The notes below the pieces were generated by a model. The model had not been told where the DNA came from, ran no database searches, and worked only from the letters and a program-made list of their open reading frames with translations. From contig CAMKAE010000001.1 of the NCBI GenBank assembly GCA_946410395.1, positions 1 to 33,792 of the forward strand: a stretch of DNA of 33,792 nt. Direction: 5' to 3'. How positions within the stretch are numbered: position 1 is the stretch's first letter; the number at the start of each line of letters is the position of its first letter. Source of the DNA: an uncultured Clostridia bacterium (GTDB lineage Bacteria > Bacillota > Clostridia > Christensenellales > Aristaeellaceae). Positions 31,621-33,792 of the stretch are shown in pieces. The position numbers and the translations under genes were made by a program.

Positions 31621-33447
31621 TCACTGCTGCGCGTCGAGCAGGGCGAAGTACTTCTTGCGATTCTCGCTGAAGGCGGCGCGGAAGGCCGGGTTTTCGGTGT
31701 GGTGCAGGTCGTAGATGTACTGATGCTCCTGCCCGCCGATGGCGTAGTCATAGCGCCCGAGCAGATAGACCGCCAGGTCGGAGCACTGGTCGGACAGGCG
31801 CTCCAGATAGGTGAGAATGTTCTGATACTCGATGCCGCGCACGCCGCTGCACCGCTTGTGGGTCATGCGGTCCACGTGCCGGCTCTGCAGCTCCTTGATC
31901 AGCTCGTCGATGACCTCCTCCAGCGGCTCGATCTTCTGGGCCAGGGCCACGGAGGACTCGTTGAAGGCATTCACCGTCATCTGCAGGATGTCCGTCACCG
32001 CGGTGACCGCCACGCCGAGCTCGGCCTTGGCGTCGTCGGAGAGGGGATCCTTGGCGTCATTGAGCTTGACCGCGCACTTGTTGATGTCCACGGCCAGGTC
32101 GCCGATGCGTTCGAAGCACACCAGGGCCCGCAGGTAGAAATTGAGCGTGTTGGAGTCCTTTTTCCGGGTGACGTGCGGGGCGATGGCAATCAGGTACTGA
32201 TTGGAAGCGTCGGCCATGCGGTCGAGCAGTTCTTCGCGATGGTTGATCTTGCCATCGCGTTTTTCGTGGAATTCTTCAAGCTGGTTGAAGGCGGAGGTGC
32301 AGTTTTTCAGCGCCACGGCGGCCATGTTGCCGATCAACTGGCCGGACTCCTCCAGCGCCAGGGTTGGGTTGTTCACCAGGTGCATGTCCAGCTCGCGCAG
32401 GTTCATCTCGATCTCGGCGTCCTCCTCGTCCATGGGCTTGTCCGGGAGGAGACGCTCGGCCAGGCGGGCCAGCAGCCCGCTGAAGGGCAGCAGCAGCACC
32501 GCGGGCGCCAGACGGAACAGGCCGTGGATGTTGGCCACGCCGCCGGAGTCCAGCTCCATCTTCCAGATGCCGTCGTTCAGCACGCCGGTGACGCGCAGCA
32601 CCGCGATCGTGGCGAAGATCAGCAGGGCCGCGATGACATTATAGATGATATGGACAAAGCAGACGCGGATCTGCTCGCGCCGGGCGCCGATGCGGCAGAC
32701 CAGGTAGGTGGTCAGGCAGTCGCCGATGTTCACGCCCACGATGACCGCGAAGACCTCGAAGAACTGCACCGAGTCCGCGGTTGAGCCGTAGAGCGAGCTG
32801 GCCACGGACTGCAAGATGCCGATGACGGCGGAGGAGCTCTGGATCACGCCGGTGACCAGCACGCCGCTGAGGAAGCCCAGGGGCGGATTGTTGCCGAAGG
32901 AGACCAGCAGGTTGCTGAGGGTGCCGCTGAGCCCGCTGACGGCGGCCGACATGTTCATCAGGCCGACGAACAGCGTGCCGAAGCCGATAAAAATCTTGCC
33001 GACGGTGCCTGCTGACTGCCGGTGAACGAACATGATGAGAATGATGCCCACGGTCAGGGCCAGGGGCGCCAGGTTCTCAGACTTGAAGAACAGCAGCAGG
33101 CTCCCGTCGCTGGCCTGCAGGTCCATCAGGCGGATGATCTGCGCCGTGATGGCGGTGCCCACGTTGGCGCCCAGCACGATCCCGACAGACTGCCGGAAGG
33201 TCAGGAAGCCCGCGCCGACCAGACCGACCGTCAGCACGATGGTGGCGGTGGAGCTCTGGATCATGCAGGTCACCAGCAGGCCCAGCAAGAAGGCCATCCA
33301 GGCACGGTTGGTCACGCGGGCCAGCACGGCCTTGAGCGCGCCGCCGGATCCGCTCTTCAGTCCGTCCCCCATCAGCCGCATGCCATAGAGAAACATGGCC
33401 AGGCCGCCCAGGATCTTGATGACAGTATAGAATACACCCATATGCAC
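31621..33447 (-). CDS. Na/Pi-cotransporter family protein with a C-terminal PhoU-like domain
   Basis: 608 aa. N-terminus ILGGLAMFLYGMRLMGDGLK, repeated QSSSA/QSSTAT transporter motifs and an alpha-helical C-terminal half. AAGGAG RBS. Confidence 0.85.
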   Translation of the reverse strand: MHMGVFYTVIKILGGLAMFLYGMRLMGDGLKSGSGGALKAVLARVTNRAWMAFLLGLLVTCMIQSSTATIVLTVGLVGAGFLTFRQSVGIVLGANVGTAITAQIIRLMDLQASDGSLLLFFKSENLAPLALTVGIILIMFVHRQSAGTVGKIFIGFGTLFVGLMNMSAAVSGLSGTLSNLLVSFGNNPPLGFLSGVLVTGVIQSSSAVIGILQSVASSLYGSTADSVQFFEVFAVIVGVNIGDCLTTYLVCRIGARREQIRVCFVHIIYNVIAALLIFATIAVLRVTGVLNDGIWKMELDSGGVANIHGLFRLAPAVLLLPFSGLLARLAERLLPDKPMDEEDAEIEMNLRELDMHLVNNPTLALEESGQLIGNMAAVALKNCTSAFNQLEEFHEKRDGKINHREELLDRMADASNQYLIAIAPHVTRKKDSNTLNFYLRALVCFERIGDLAVDINKCAVKLNDAKDPLSDDAKAELGVAVTAVTDILQMTVNAFNESSVALAQKIEPLEEVIDELIKELQSRHVDRMTHKRCSGVRGIEYQNILTYLERLSDQCSDLAVYLLGRYDYAIGGQEHQYIYDLHHTENPAFRAAFSENRKKYFALLDAQQ

Positions 33448-33479
33448 TGCTCCTTACGGCCGTATCCGGGATGAACACT

Positions 33480-33792
33480 TTTGTCCATCAAAGCCAAATA
33501 CAACCAAATAATATGTTATTTGCAGATGCCTGTTCTGTCAAGAGGATAGGCATCAATTTGGTGCTGGGAATTATTGGGGGGACAAGAAAATATTAAGAAA
33601 TTATAAAGCGGAGCGCCGATCTTCTGAGCCGAAAGAAAGACTTTAGTCTGGTAAAATATGGCATAATGAATATGAAGACGCGCATGCAAAAGAATAAAAG
33701 GATTCAGAGCGGCAACCGAAGTCTGATGCGAAAGAGAGATGAAAACAGAGCGAAAGCAAAATATTACGCAATTATTAAATACCAATATGTGG
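33480..33792. other. AT-rich tract running to the window edge, with an abrupt compositional break
   Basis: Hand counts of the five 60-nt lines from 33481 give 35, 38, 42, 42 and 33% GC, against about 67% in a typical coding line (301-360). Confidence 0.7.
33513..33541 (-). promoter_or_regulatory. Sigma-70-like promoter for the Na/Pi-cotransporter gene
   Basis: Minus strand reads TTGACA (33541-33536), 17-nt spacer, TAACAT (33518-33513). Confidence 0.5.

Noticed and set aside
33516-33785. 89-aa minus-strand ORF in the AT-rich tail
   Set aside because: The translation (FCFRSVFISL..., many F/I/L/C/H) looks like random AT-rich sequence. It has no RBS and overlaps the predicted Na/Pi promoter region.
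33666-33792. Possible plus-strand partial CDS running off the window (MNMKTRMQKNKR...)
   Set aside because: Only 42 codons are visible, there is no Shine-Dalgarno sequence, and I recognise no family motif. I mention it in the AT-rich finding but there is not enough evidence to annotate it as a feature.
1-33792. Mobile elements, prophage genes, defence systems (RM, TA, CRISPR-Cas, retrons), rRNA/tRNA genes
   Set aside because: No ORF shows transposase, integrase, recombinase, nuclease-helicase or toxin-antitoxin-like motifs. I saw no long terminal inverted repeats, no cloverleaf-like tRNA sequences and no spacer-repeat arrays.

Overview
This is a high-GC chromosomal segment: hand counts give about 65-67% GC in coding lines, falling to about 38% over the last ~310 nt. 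It looks like a Firmicutes/Clostridia-type genome. The evidence is AGGAGG-type RBSs, a T-box leader, and rex, a VanW/G5 protein, an LCP protein and rimO-pgsA. I support 20 protein-coding genes. Most are housekeeping: a Gfo/Idh/MocA oxidoreductase, aconitate hydratase, Rex-like repressor, VanW/G5 protein, a four-gene BMP-family (nucleoside-type) ABC transporter, an RsmB/F-type rRNA methyltransferase, T-box-controlled pheS-pheT, an LCP protein, rimO-pgsA, two translationally coupled PHP phosphoesterases, and a Na/Pi-cotransporter/PhoU protein. Two regions look accessory. The first (3709-9604) encodes an orphan secreted protein plus a 1,555-aa protein with a zinc ribbon, one TM helix and helical repeats, whose extracellular part is a tandem duplication of a ~500-aa super-module. 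The second (23637-27866) encodes a 1,409-aa secreted protein with a PEPT-repeat linker and nine SdrD-B/Cna-B-like Ca-loop repeats. It has no recognisable wall anchor and lies directly upstream of the LCP gene. Several sigma-70-like promoters, intrinsic terminators and structured leaders can be read directly. I found no CRISPR array, rRNA or tRNA gene, transposase or integrase. All product calls rest on motif recognition by eye, since no database search was possible. The many long ORFs antisense to real genes are high-GC shadow ORFs. No unambiguous new system is demonstrable from sequence alone. The best candidates for follow-up are the 3709-9604 cassette and the anchorless giant surface protein next to the LCP gene.
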